From Phototrophicaceae bacterium (GTDB lineage: Bacteria; Chloroflexota; Anaerolineae; Aggregatilineales; Phototrophicaceae), in contig OZ253528.1 in the NCBI GenBank assembly GCA_965262335.1, forward strand, positions 84,237-148,236: a stretch of DNA of 64,000 bases. The letters are read 5' to 3'. A program made the position numbers and the translations under genes. The first letter of the stretch is position 1. The number at the start of each line of letters is the position of its first letter. Shown piece by piece: positions 45,802 through 54,906 of the stretch. Below the pieces are notes generated by a model. That model was not told the origin of the DNA, ran no database searches, and saw nothing but the letters and a program-made list of their open reading frames with translations.

Positions 45802-46470
45802 ATGGATAGCGATGTGAAAACTGAAAAGATCAAGACCGCCGTGATTACCGGCGCGCATCCCTTCGATGTACCGGCCTTCCACGCCGTATTCCGCGCTATG
45901 CCCGAGATCGATTTTTATCCGCAGCACCTGGAAGAGTTTGCTGCCGATTTCGGTAAGCGACGGCAGGAATACCATGTGCTGCTCTTTTTCAACTTTACCC
46001 AAGCCACTCCCGGCAGCTCGTCGACTGCGCAAGACCTAGAAACCAAAGCCGCGCTGGAAAAACTGGGTGAAAGTGACCAGGGCATATTCATCTTGCATCA
46101 CGCTATCCTGGCTTTTCCGCACTGGCAGCCCTGGTCAGACCTTGTAGGCATTCAGGATCGTCGTTTCGGCTGGCATATGGACCACAGGACCTTCATTCAG
46201 GTCGCCGACTCCCAGCATCCGATCACCCAAGGATTGAACGATTGGAATATGCTGGATGAAACCTATACCATGCACGAGCCCGGGGAAGACAGTCAAGTCA
46301 TTTTGACAACAGATGATCCCCAAAGCATGAAGAGCATCGCCTGGACGCGGCGCTACAAAAATGCGCCTGTATTCTGCTTCCAATCGGGTCACGACCACCT
46401 TGCTTACGAGAATCCGAATTTCCGATTGGTCATCAGCCGCGGCATCCAATGGGCTGCGGGAAGACTTTAG
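45802..46470 (+). CDS. ThuA-like (trehalose utilisation) domain protein
   Basis: 222 aa. ..KTAVITGAHPFD.., ..FILHHAILAFPHW.., ..CFQSGHD.. resemble the ThuA family by recall. Confidence 0.6.
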   Translation: MDSDVKTEKIKTAVITGAHPFDVPAFHAVFRAMPEIDFYPQHLEEFAADFGKRRQEYHVLLFFNFTQATPGSSSTAQDLETKAALEKLGESDQGIFILHHAILAFPHWQPWSDLVGIQDRRFGWHMDHRTFIQVADSQHPITQGLNDWNMLDETYTMHEPGEDSQVILTTDDPQSMKSIAWTRRYKNAPVFCFQSGHDHLAYENPNFRLVISRGIQWAAGRL

Positions 46471-46504
46471 GCGCCATCCAATAAAGAGGCAACGTTTCCT
46501 TACC

Positions 46505-48130
46505 GTGTACGACCGCAGTAGTGAACTAGATCTGAGAAGTCACCTCGCTCTTGGAGTAGAGCACATTTTCAGTACGCTCGACGAACGGCAAGGCTACCTG
46601 CCCTTCTTCCATTACGAGCTCATTCAGCAGCCGACTTGCCTCAAGCACGGTCCCTTCGACTCGCCTCATGTCGTGGGGCGTTTCCTGGATGCTTTGGCTC
46701 GCTCCTCGCCTATCATTGAACTGCCAGACACACCCGAAGTCTATGATGCCCTGGCTCGTCAACTCTACGAAAGCCTGGAGCGTCACCCCTCCGGCTTGCC
46801 CGTTAATGCCCCGACAGCCTGGCAGCCAAATCTAGCGGTGATGCATAACTGCCGCGAAACCGTCCTCGGGCTGCTCGCACTCATGAACTGGCGAAACGAT
46901 CCGCGGGCGGAGCCAGCCCTGCGACGCCTGTGCCGTTCCTTGCTGGACCTGATCGGCGACGAGTCGCGCTTCGCGGGCGAGTGTCTGGGACCTGACGGCT
47001 GGACGACCGCCTTCAGTGGCATCCTGGCATCGGCACCGGCCACAAGCGGACGGCTGATTCGGCCGCTGGTGCAGGTTTATCGTCAAACCGGGGATGAGCT
47101 TGCCCTGGAACTGGCGCGTCGCTTCGCGGCTGACAATCTCGAGAATGCCTTCGGCGCCGATGGCTCGATTAGCGCGGCGGCCGGGTCGCATATGCATTCC
47201 ATCACCGGCACCATAACCGGCCTGATTGACTTTGGCATCTTGGTTGGCGACGACACGGTGATCGAAGGCGCGCGCAGAGTCTACGACCTGGGCATGAGCG
47301 AGTTTCGCAGCAGCTACGGCTGGGTCAAAGAGTTTCGCTGGCTGTCCTCACTGGCTGAACCGCTGCGGGCGGCCGGTTACGCCGGGCACGACATCAGCCG
47401 GGGAGAAGCCAATAACACCGGCGATCTCATCGAGGCAGCGCTTCTGCTTGGCCAGGCCGGTTATCCAGGCTACTTTGAAGATGCCGACAGGATGCTGCGT
47501 AATCATCTCCTGGCTTCACAAATCGTGGATACTTCCTGGGTGCAAGCCGCAACCGGACTTGAAGATACAGACGAGGCGCGCTACAGCGAAGTGGCGCGGC
47601 GTGCCCGCGGCGGCTTCTGTTTTGGCAGTCCTAACGATCTCATCTCTTATCCGCAAGAAACCTATCAGATCAACGCCGATCTGGTCGGTGGCGCGCTGCA
47701 AGCCATCTGCGAAGCTTGGCACGCCATAACTCAGCTTGATGAGACAACGCTGCGAATTAATCTACTGTATTCCCAGCGCAGCGCCGCAGCAGCATTGACT
47801 TGTCCGCCACCTGGTAAAGAACCCATCATCCTGCGGCTCCTTGAGCCCAGCAACTTGCAAGTTCGCATCCCTTCCTGGGCGCAATCCGCCCAAGTTACCC
47901 TTCAGATCAATGACAATCCCCGCACATCAGCCGCGGCAGCGATTGAAGACGGCTATCTCAAGCTATCGTCGTTAAAGCGGAACTCTGTCATTAAGCTGTG
48001 GCTGCCGTCCCGAAGGGAAACCGTAAGCGAAGTCATCGCGGACCAGGTTTATGAAGTTGAGTGGCATAACGACACCGTTGTCGATATTAACCCGCCGGCG
48101 CGCTTCCAAGCCCTCTATGGACGAAGCTAA
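46505..48130 (+). CDS. Hypothetical protein (~541 aa) in the sugar-utilisation cluster
   Basis: Long ORF with host-like composition. The only in-frame start after the ThuA stop is GTG 46505 (start uncertain). No motif recognised. Confidence 0.55.
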   Translation: MYDRSSELDLRSHLALGVEHIFSTLDERQGYLPFFHYELIQQPTCLKHGPFDSPHVVGRFLDALARSSPIIELPDTPEVYDALARQLYESLERHPSGLPVNAPTAWQPNLAVMHNCRETVLGLLALMNWRNDPRAEPALRRLCRSLLDLIGDESRFAGECLGPDGWTTAFSGILASAPATSGRLIRPLVQVYRQTGDELALELARRFAADNLENAFGADGSISAAAGSHMHSITGTITGLIDFGILVGDDTVIEGARRVYDLGMSEFRSSYGWVKEFRWLSSLAEPLRAAGYAGHDISRGEANNTGDLIEAALLLGQAGYPGYFEDADRMLRNHLLASQIVDTSWVQAATGLEDTDEARYSEVARRARGGFCFGSPNDLISYPQETYQINADLVGGALQAICEAWHAITQLDETTLRINLLYSQRSAAAALTCPPPGKEPIILRLLEPSNLQVRIPSWAQSAQVTLQINDNPRTSAAAAIEDGYLKLSSLKRNSVIKLWLPSRRETVSEVIADQVYEVEWHNDTVVDINPPARFQALYGRS

Positions 48131-48141
48131 TCTCGGCACTG

Positions 48142-49167
48142 ATGCGATCAAAGGAAAGAATGCCCATGCTTGACTACAAGAGGGTTCATGAAGAAGCGAT
48201 AGTTTTTGATGGCACTTGCCCGCTCCTCAATTATTCGCCAAACCACACATCTTATTATGTCGAAGGTGGTGTCACTGTTGCGACCCCTTCTATAGCTGCC
48301 AATCACAACTGTGGCCAAGCCATTAAGAATATCGCGACCTGGATGGCCATTATCAAAGAACGCAATCACGAGCTATTGCAGGTCACAGAGGTAGAGGACT
48401 TCCGCCGCGCCAAGCAACAGGGCAAACTGGGCATCCTCTTCCACTTCCAAAACTCACTGCCGCTGGAGCAGAGTGTCGAGCTGGTAGATGTCTATAGAGC
48501 TTTGGGGGTCAGAGTCATCCAGTTGACTTACAACGTTAAGAACTTCGTCGGTGATGGCTGCCTCGAGCGTACAGATGCCGGTCTCAGCTCCTTCGGGGTC
48601 AGGTTGATCAAAGCCATGAACCGCGCCGGGGTCGCCGTCGACTGCAGTCATACCGGCGTAAAGACCACCTTCGATGCCATGGACGTCTCCGAATATCCGG
48701 TGGTCTTCAGCCATAACCTGGTGCGGGCCGTACGCGACAGTCCGCGAAACCTGACCGATGAACAGATTAAGCGGGTCGCTGAAATGGGCGGCGTCATCGG
48801 CATCAACGGCTTCCCGCCCTTCGTGGCGGACACGACCCGCCCGACGCTTGATGATCTGCTCAAACATGTCGACTACATCGCCGAACTTGTCGGCATCGCT
48901 CATGTCGGCATTGGCATTGACTTTGAATACATTGATGAATCCATGCAAGAACAGTCAAAGGCTCATTACGAGTACTTCGTCAAAACGGGCCAGTGGGATC
49001 CCAAAGATTACCCGCCACCACCCTACTATTATCCGCAAGGCCTGGACGATCCCCGCTATTATCCAAACCTGACCAAGGCGCTCTTGCAGCGCGGCTATAG
49101 CGCGGAGGAAACCAAAAACGTGCTCGGCGGCAACTTTATGCGCGTCTATTCGCAAATCTGGCAGTAA
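48142..49167 (+). CDS. Membrane (renal-type) dipeptidase family M19 protein
   Basis: ..VFDG..(N-term), ..VIQLTYNVKNFVGDG.., ..AVDCSHTG.., ..VVFSHN.., ..IGIDFE.. fit the M19 pattern. Confidence 0.75.
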   Translation: MRSKERMPMLDYKRVHEEAIVFDGTCPLLNYSPNHTSYYVEGGVTVATPSIAANHNCGQAIKNIATWMAIIKERNHELLQVTEVEDFRRAKQQGKLGILFHFQNSLPLEQSVELVDVYRALGVRVIQLTYNVKNFVGDGCLERTDAGLSSFGVRLIKAMNRAGVAVDCSHTGVKTTFDAMDVSEYPVVFSHNLVRAVRDSPRNLTDEQIKRVAEMGGVIGINGFPPFVADTTRPTLDDLLKHVDYIAELVGIAHVGIGIDFEYIDESMQEQSKAHYEYFVKTGQWDPKDYPPPPYYYPQGLDDPRYYPNLTKALLQRGYSAEETKNVLGGNFMRVYSQIWQ

Positions 49168-49276
49168 GCCCGACCTCAGTAATTCCAACTAAGTAAAGAG
49201 GATTCACCACAGAGGCACAGAGGACACAGAGAAAAAGGGTCAAGAGATTATAAACGATTCGCAAAATCAAGATCCG

Positions 49277-49594
49277 TTGACACATAAGATAATTGGCGCA
49301 GCCATAGAAGTTCATCGCGCTTTGGGTCCTGGTTTGTTGGAAGAGCGGAAGCTGAAATATGAGCGACAGCGGCACATCAGCGTCGTATACAAAGGGAGAG
49401 ACATCGGTGATATGGTTGCGGACATCGTTGTGGAAAATGCTGTAATTGTAGAATTGAAGTCCGTTCAAAGTCTGAATCAAATTCACATCGCTCAATTGCT
49501 GACTTATATGAAACTTATGAAGCTCAAAAAGGGACTGCTCAGCAACTTCAATGTACGATTTCTGAGGGAAGGCATCAAGCGGGTAGTCCTTTAG
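49277..49594 (+). CDS. GxxExxY-family (PD-(D/E)XK-like) small protein, apparently shortened
   Basis: ..THKIIGAAIEVHRALGPGLLE.. then ..VVYKGRDIG..ADIVVENAVIVELKSV..IHIAQLLTYMKL... About 10 residues including the xxY of the signature seem missing. TTG start. Confidence 0.55.
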   Translation: MTHKIIGAAIEVHRALGPGLLEERKLKYERQRHISVVYKGRDIGDMVADIVVENAVIVELKSVQSLNQIHIAQLLTYMKLMKLKKGLLSNFNVRFLREGIKRVVL

Positions 49595-49611
49595 TTCATT
49601 CCCTCTGTGCC

Positions 49612-49703
49612 CTCTTTTCTAACAAACCGCTATGCTCGAACGAGCAGTAGGTTTGATATTTTGTGTGAGCGCGACAGACCTTATCGCTGCCGCCGAGCGG
49701 CTG
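49612..49703 (+). repeat. ~92-nt intergenic repeat family, copy 2
   Basis: Near-identical to 3358..3450 (about 8 differences). Immediately followed by a REP-like hairpin. Confidence 0.7.
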
Positions 49704-49710
49704 TGGTGAA

Positions 49711-49731
49711 TCTCCCTAATGCTTTGGGAGA
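49711..49731. repeat. REP-like hairpin TCTCCC-TAATGCTTT-GGGAGA
   Basis: Same loop sequence as the hairpin at 2452..2477. Confidence 0.55.
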
Positions 49732-49841
49732 CGGGGGTTAGATTTGCATGACTAACTTGGTATTACTTCTGCCCCAGGGCATAAGTCGCGCAAAATGCGC
49801 TAGCGGAATTATCTATCATTGACACCAAAGGCAGGTAATAA

Positions 49842-50684
49842 ATGAACAGAAATGAGATCCTCGGCAGGCTGAGAGCAACGCTGGCAAATGGCGATGCCAT
49901 TATCGGCGCCGGCTGCAGCGCGGGAATTGTGGCCAAGTGCGCCGAGCTTGGCGGCGCCGACTTTATCGTCTGCTATAGCACCGGCAAATCCCGCATTATG
50001 GGGCTGCGCACGACCGTCATCGGTCACTCGAACCCGCTTACGCTCGAGATGTATGACGAGATCGCCAATGTCGTCAAAGACACGCCGATCATAGCCGGGA
50101 TCGAAGCTAACGATCAGACCACCTACGATTTGGGCACGGTGATCGATCGCTTTATGGACCAGGGCTTCGACGGCATCATCAACTTTCCTACCGTAGGCAC
50201 GCACGAGCACGTATCGCCGTTTTTTGTCAAAGAATATCAGAACATCGCCAGCAGCTTGGGACAACCCTGGGGATTCGCCCGCGAGGTCGAATTGATTCGT
50301 ATGCTGCGCGAGCGTGATATATTCTCAATGTGCTATGTCTTTAATGCCAAACAAGCAGCCCAGATGGCAGAGGCCGGCGTCGATGCGGTTTGCGCCCACG
50401 TCGGTGGCACAGCCGGCGGCTTGATCGGCTTCCCGGCCGACCCCATGGAAGAGTCGCTGCAAAACACTCAGACAATCATGGAAGGCGCTTGGCAGGTGAA
50501 TCCCAACGTCATCTGCCTGGCACATGGCGGTCCCTTCGCCGAGCCGGAAGATACCCGCGCGCTCTACGAAAAAACGGACGCCCACGGCTTCGTAGGCGCG
50601 TCTAGCATCGAACGCATCCCAATCGAAAAAGCCGTCATGGGTGCCGTCAAAGCCTTCAAAAATCACAAAATCAGGAAGCGCTAG
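49842..50684 (+). CDS. PEP-hydrolase-like TIM-barrel protein (Tm-1 C-terminal-domain family)
   Basis: ..IIGAGCSAGIVAKCAELGGADFIVCYSTGKSRIMG.. and ..GIINFPTVG.. match my recollection of the TIM-barrel signal transduction / PEP_hydrolase family. Confidence 0.65.
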   Translation: MNRNEILGRLRATLANGDAIIGAGCSAGIVAKCAELGGADFIVCYSTGKSRIMGLRTTVIGHSNPLTLEMYDEIANVVKDTPIIAGIEANDQTTYDLGTVIDRFMDQGFDGIINFPTVGTHEHVSPFFVKEYQNIASSLGQPWGFAREVELIRMLRERDIFSMCYVFNAKQAAQMAEAGVDAVCAHVGGTAGGLIGFPADPMEESLQNTQTIMEGAWQVNPNVICLAHGGPFAEPEDTRALYEKTDAHGFVGASSIERIPIEKAVMGAVKAFKNHKIRKR

Positions 50685-50687
50685 CCA

Positions 50688-51905
50688 ATGTCCGTCGCAC
50701 AGAAAACTGTCGTCATCGCCGGCGCTCTTGATACCAAAGGCGCGGAGTTTGCCCTGGTGAAAGACCTGATCGAAAAGCAGGGCCTGCGCGTGCTGGTGGT
50801 GGATTTTGGTATCCTCGGCGAGCCCGGTTTCCCGCCCGACATAAAACGCGACGAGGTCGCGCGGGCCGGTGGTGGCGACCTCGACTCGCTGCGCCGCGAC
50901 AAGCACAGAGACGAAGCCCTGCGGACGATGGGCCAGGGCCTGTCGGTGATCGTCCGCCGCTTGTTCGGAGAAGGCAATCTTCACGGTATCCTGGGCATGG
51001 GTGGCAGCGGCGGGACCTCCATCGCCACGGCCGCTATGCGCGCCCTGCCGGTTGGCTTGCCCAAGCTGATGGTCTCCACCATCGCCAGCGGCGATATACG
51101 GCACTATGTGGGCCCCAAAGACATCGTCATGATGCCTTCGGTCGTCGATGTGGCCGGTATCAATCGCATCAGCGGCAAAATCTACACCAATGCGGCAGCC
51201 GCCATATCGGGCATGGTCCTGGCCGATCCGCTGCCGTCAGCGGCAGAAAAGCCGCTCGTGACCGCCTCGATGTTCGGCAACTCGACAGCCTGCGTCGACC
51301 GTGCTCGCGCCGTGCTGGAGCAACAGGGCTACGAAGTACTGATCTTCCACGCAACCGGTACCGGTGGCCAGACGATGGAGAGCCTGATCGCCGATGGGCA
51401 TATCGTCGGTTCCCTGGATATCACCACTACGGAATTAGCCGACGAGGTATGTGGCGGTGGCGCCAGCGCCGGACCCGACCGCGGCATGGCGGCCTCGCGT
51501 GCCGGTGTCCCGGCAGTTATCGTGCCCGGCTGCGTGGACATGGCCAATTTTGGCGCTCTGGACTCGCTTCCAAAACGCTATCGCGACCGCAATCTCTACC
51601 AGTGGGCGCCAACCGCCACCTTGCTGCGTACCAACATCGAAGAGAACCGCCGCATCGGCGAAATGATTGCCGCAGTAGCCAATGCCGCGACCGCAGCAGT
51701 CGCCATCGTGCTGCCTCTCAAGGGCGTTTCCATGCTCGATAGCATCGGCGGCGCTTTCTGGGACCCCGCTGCCAATGCCACCTGCTTCGATACCATCAAG
51801 AGCAAGCTCAAGCCGGATATCCCCGTGATAGAACTCGACAACAACATCAACGACCCCTTCTTTGCCGACACCGCGGCTAACATTTTGCTGGATATGCTGG
51901 TGTAA
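50688..51905 (+). CDS. UPF0261 family protein (Tm-1 N-terminal-domain family)
   Basis: ..VVIAGALDTKGAEFALVKDLIEKQGLRVLVVDFG.. is the typical UPF0261 N-terminus. Starts 4 nt after the partner gene. Confidence 0.65.
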   Translation: MSVAQKTVVIAGALDTKGAEFALVKDLIEKQGLRVLVVDFGILGEPGFPPDIKRDEVARAGGGDLDSLRRDKHRDEALRTMGQGLSVIVRRLFGEGNLHGILGMGGSGGTSIATAAMRALPVGLPKLMVSTIASGDIRHYVGPKDIVMMPSVVDVAGINRISGKIYTNAAAAISGMVLADPLPSAAEKPLVTASMFGNSTACVDRARAVLEQQGYEVLIFHATGTGGQTMESLIADGHIVGSLDITTTELADEVCGGGASAGPDRGMAASRAGVPAVIVPGCVDMANFGALDSLPKRYRDRNLYQWAPTATLLRTNIEENRRIGEMIAAVANAATAAVAIVLPLKGVSMLDSIGGAFWDPAANATCFDTIKSKLKPDIPVIELDNNINDPFFADTAANILLDMLV

Positions 51906-52204
51906 TCGCTGCGCGGAAAATCGGCAGCGCCACCATTTCCGGCACCTCCTTCTCCAACAATACCGCGGCTGAAGGTCCCGATCTCCTGTCCATTGATGCC
52001 GAGATCACCTTGCAGCCATCCAACTCCATGAGCGCGCAGGGTTACGTCAGCAAGTAAGTCCGTAACACAATCAAGCCCGCCCGGATTATCGAGGCGGGCT
52101 CCTGCTTTCCACGTAAGTTTGTATTTTGACGCGAAAATCTGCACGTTTGCGTTTCCGACGTAGCCGATGTAGAGTACGGTAGCCGCGTGTACACGGAGAC
52201 TACA

Positions 52205-53674
52205 ATGAACAAGACAGACGCAGAAATCTCATTGAATACAATAGATAACACTACATATCGCGTAACGAGATATCGGCCATCGGACCAAGGGCAAGTCCGC
52301 AAGCAACAAACATCAAGTCACGACACGGATCGAAAGAAAGCCAAGACGGACACTCAAATATCGCGCGCCGACGCTTTGTCTGTCGCGTCACAGGCTGACT
52401 CCGTAAAAAAGTATGGCTCATTCCAAGACAGCCTTCGTGCGCCCGTCCACCGCTGGTTTACCTACCCAGCTGGATATTCACATAAGCTAGTCGAACAAAA
52501 GATAGAGGAATATGGTCTTGGTAGGCAGCATTGGATTATGGACCCGTTTGTGGGAACGGGAACAACTTCGGTTGCAGCCAAAGCAAAGGGTGTCAACTCC
52601 ATCGGTGTAGAAGCGCATCCTTTTGTTTTCTGGGTGGCAAAGACTAAGTTGCACAGTGATCTTGATGTAGCAAAGATAGAAAAAGACGCCGCGACAATTC
52701 AGGACCAAGCAAAAGTAATCTCTTCTACCGATATTCAATACGATGGAGTGTGGCCAGCATTAATTTACAAATGTTTTGCGGAAGACAATTTGCGCCAATT
52801 GCTTTCAATTCGTACTGCGATTCTACAGCACAAAACCTCTCCAGAGCGTAGAGATTTCTTCAAAGTGGCCCTTACAGCAACCTTGCGGGACGTAACATCT
52901 GCGGGTGCTGGATGGCCTTACATCGCCCCTAGCAAATACGCCAAAAGGACAGTTCACCGAGAGGCATTTGTAGAATTCCGGAAACGCGTAGATTTGATGC
53001 TTTCCGACATTTTTGAGACCAATGTTTGTGACGCTCAAAAGCTACAGCACAATCTGTTCAACGGAGATGCCAGAAACTTAGAAGAGTACGCTGACCGTAA
53101 CAGTGTTGATATGGTATTGACTTCACCACCTTATCTCAACAACTATGATTATGCTGACCGCACACGTTTAGAAACGTACTTTTGGGGCATATATGAAAGT
53201 TGGGGCGATATAACTCGGCAAGTTCGTGACCACTTGATTATTGCAGCTACTACTCAAATTCGTCGGTCTGAAATGGATGAGGTACGGTCTTGCCCAAGCG
53301 TCCTCGAAGTAAGCCGAGAAATTCATGCGGAAATCTCGAGAATCGTTGATCAGCTTTCACAATTACGCCTTGTTAAAGGGGGAAAAAAGAGCTACGACTT
53401 AATGGTCGCCGGTTACTTTGAGGATATGTTGAAGGTGATTCAGGGAGTTTATAAGGTATTGAAGCCGGGCCAGCCTTTTGTTCTGGTTCTGGGCGATTCA
53501 GCCCCTTATGGCGTACATGTTCGTACTGACGAGATCATTGGGGAACTTGCAATAGCTGCGGGATTCACCAAGTGCGATATTCAGGTTATCCGGAAACGCG
53601 GTGACAAATGGGCTGGGAACTCACAGCGTCACAAAGTTCCCTTGAGAGAAAGCATCGTTACAATTATAAAATAG
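52205..53674 (+). CDS. DNA methyltransferase (N4-C/N6-A type) with motif I upstream of motif IV
   Basis: ..MDPFVGTGTTSVAAKAKG.. (motif I-like) about 185 aa before ..VDMVLTSPPYLNNYDY.. (motif IV). Low-GC gene. ATG 52205 has a GGAG RBS. Confidence 0.75.
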   Translation: MNKTDAEISLNTIDNTTYRVTRYRPSDQGQVRKQQTSSHDTDRKKAKTDTQISRADALSVASQADSVKKYGSFQDSLRAPVHRWFTYPAGYSHKLVEQKIEEYGLGRQHWIMDPFVGTGTTSVAAKAKGVNSIGVEAHPFVFWVAKTKLHSDLDVAKIEKDAATIQDQAKVISSTDIQYDGVWPALIYKCFAEDNLRQLLSIRTAILQHKTSPERRDFFKVALTATLRDVTSAGAGWPYIAPSKYAKRTVHREAFVEFRKRVDLMLSDIFETNVCDAQKLQHNLFNGDARNLEEYADRNSVDMVLTSPPYLNNYDYADRTRLETYFWGIYESWGDITRQVRDHLIIAATTQIRRSEMDEVRSCPSVLEVSREIHAEISRIVDQLSQLRLVKGGKKSYDLMVAGYFEDMLKVIQGVYKVLKPGQPFVLVLGDSAPYGVHVRTDEIIGELAIAAGFTKCDIQVIRKRGDKWAGNSQRHKVPLRESIVTIIK

Positions 53675-53684
53675 GAAATACTAG

Positions 53685-54461
53685 GTGACCAAGAAGTCCT
53701 CTCAAGTTTCGAATCCAGGTAGCGCGCTTGGCGAAGCGGTTGGAAAACTATTTGAATCTGCGGCGATCGAGTGTCTCCGATCAGAGGTAGCTGCTCGTGG
53801 TCACACCATACGCCCTTCTCGATTGAAGAATGGAACCGGCAACACCTATCAAATTGACGCGGTTGTGTTCGATCAAAATGAGAAACCCATTATTATCATC
53901 GAACCTAAGTACATTCGATACACGAAACACAACAGGGACAAGGGCAGTTGGCTTTGTACTGCTCACTACAATCTTAGAAAATCCCACCCGACAATACGAA
54001 AGTCCATTGCCGTTTTAGGAGGTAGATGGTCAGTTCCATCCAAAGCCCTGATGAGAAGTTTCGGTGTGCAATTGTTTGAAGTTCCATTCGATAAGATTGC
54101 TGCGATTCTCGCCAAGTATGGTGTGGCCTTTGATTGGCCAGAAAAAAACGATGGAGAACAACCTAGACAGGCATGGAATACTTTTTTGGGATTGGACGTA
54201 TTTTCCAAAGAGCAGATATCAAAAGAACTAGTGGTAGATATTCAGAATGATTTGAACGACGCCGTGACCTACGTCTTGGATACTGATTTATCATCCTTGC
54301 CACGGCGTATATCATCTGTAGAAGTTCTAATGAAAACAGAACAAGATGAAATCGTTTTGAAAACGTTCGCATCGGTCGCCGATGCCCTGACCGACCTAAC
54401 ACGATACATAACGGATCGTCCTGACATCGGTGCCTTGCCAGATTCTTCAAAAAAGACATAA
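53685..54461 (+). CDS. Putative PD-(D/E)XK restriction endonuclease partner
   Basis: ..YQIDAVVFDQNEKPIIIIEPKYIRY.. gives D-x14-E-x-K. Sits 10 nt downstream of the methylase with the same low GC. Confidence 0.55.
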   Translation: MTKKSSQVSNPGSALGEAVGKLFESAAIECLRSEVAARGHTIRPSRLKNGTGNTYQIDAVVFDQNEKPIIIIEPKYIRYTKHNRDKGSWLCTAHYNLRKSHPTIRKSIAVLGGRWSVPSKALMRSFGVQLFEVPFDKIAAILAKYGVAFDWPEKNDGEQPRQAWNTFLGLDVFSKEQISKELVVDIQNDLNDAVTYVLDTDLSSLPRRISSVEVLMKTEQDEIVLKTFASVADALTDLTRYITDRPDIGALPDSSKKT

Positions 54462-54630
54462 GCTCAGATCTTGATATTGCATTCCCTTTTCTGTCCTCGT
54501 CCGCATATGTCGTTATGCCGGATCTACCCGCGACCAAACAGTCGCCACCCCACACCCCAACCCTGCTACCCTGACCTCAACCCGCGCCTTAACAACCGCA
54601 TACGCGTTTCCCCATACCGCCACGCAGATG

Positions 54631-54671
54631 GCCAGATGGCCGAAAAACATTTCTGACAGCGGCCATCTGGC
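54631..54671. repeat. Perfect 12-bp inverted repeat with 17-nt spacer
   Basis: GCCAGATGGCCG ..17 nt.. CGGCCATCTGGC, in the gap between the R-M island and the PhyH gene. Confidence 0.6.
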
Positions 54672-54906
54672 AATAAAAGCATCCCGTGGTTATGGCAAGA
54701 AGCGAGCATGGCATTATTGCAGCATAGCCTATGTGTCGTAAAACGTGTTTTCATCCCGACACAAGAACGACACAAAGCCCAACCTTTTCCCAACCACAAG
54801 GTCGAGTCACCCTTCTGCCAAGCCTTAAGGCGGGACTTGGCGCGTGATTGGCATTTCCACCTCCGACCATCTATCATTACGCTAGCTTATACGAGGAGAA
54901 AAGCCT

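Noticed and set aside
51903-52057. Frame reading ..IGSATISGTSFSNNTAAEGPDLLSIDAEITLQPSNSMSAQGYVSK-stop, resembling the C-terminal end of a beta-helix repeat protein
   Set aside because: There is no start codon, and upstream it overlaps the UPF0261 gene in another frame. At best it is a gene remnant disrupted by the R-M island. This cannot be supported without a translated search.
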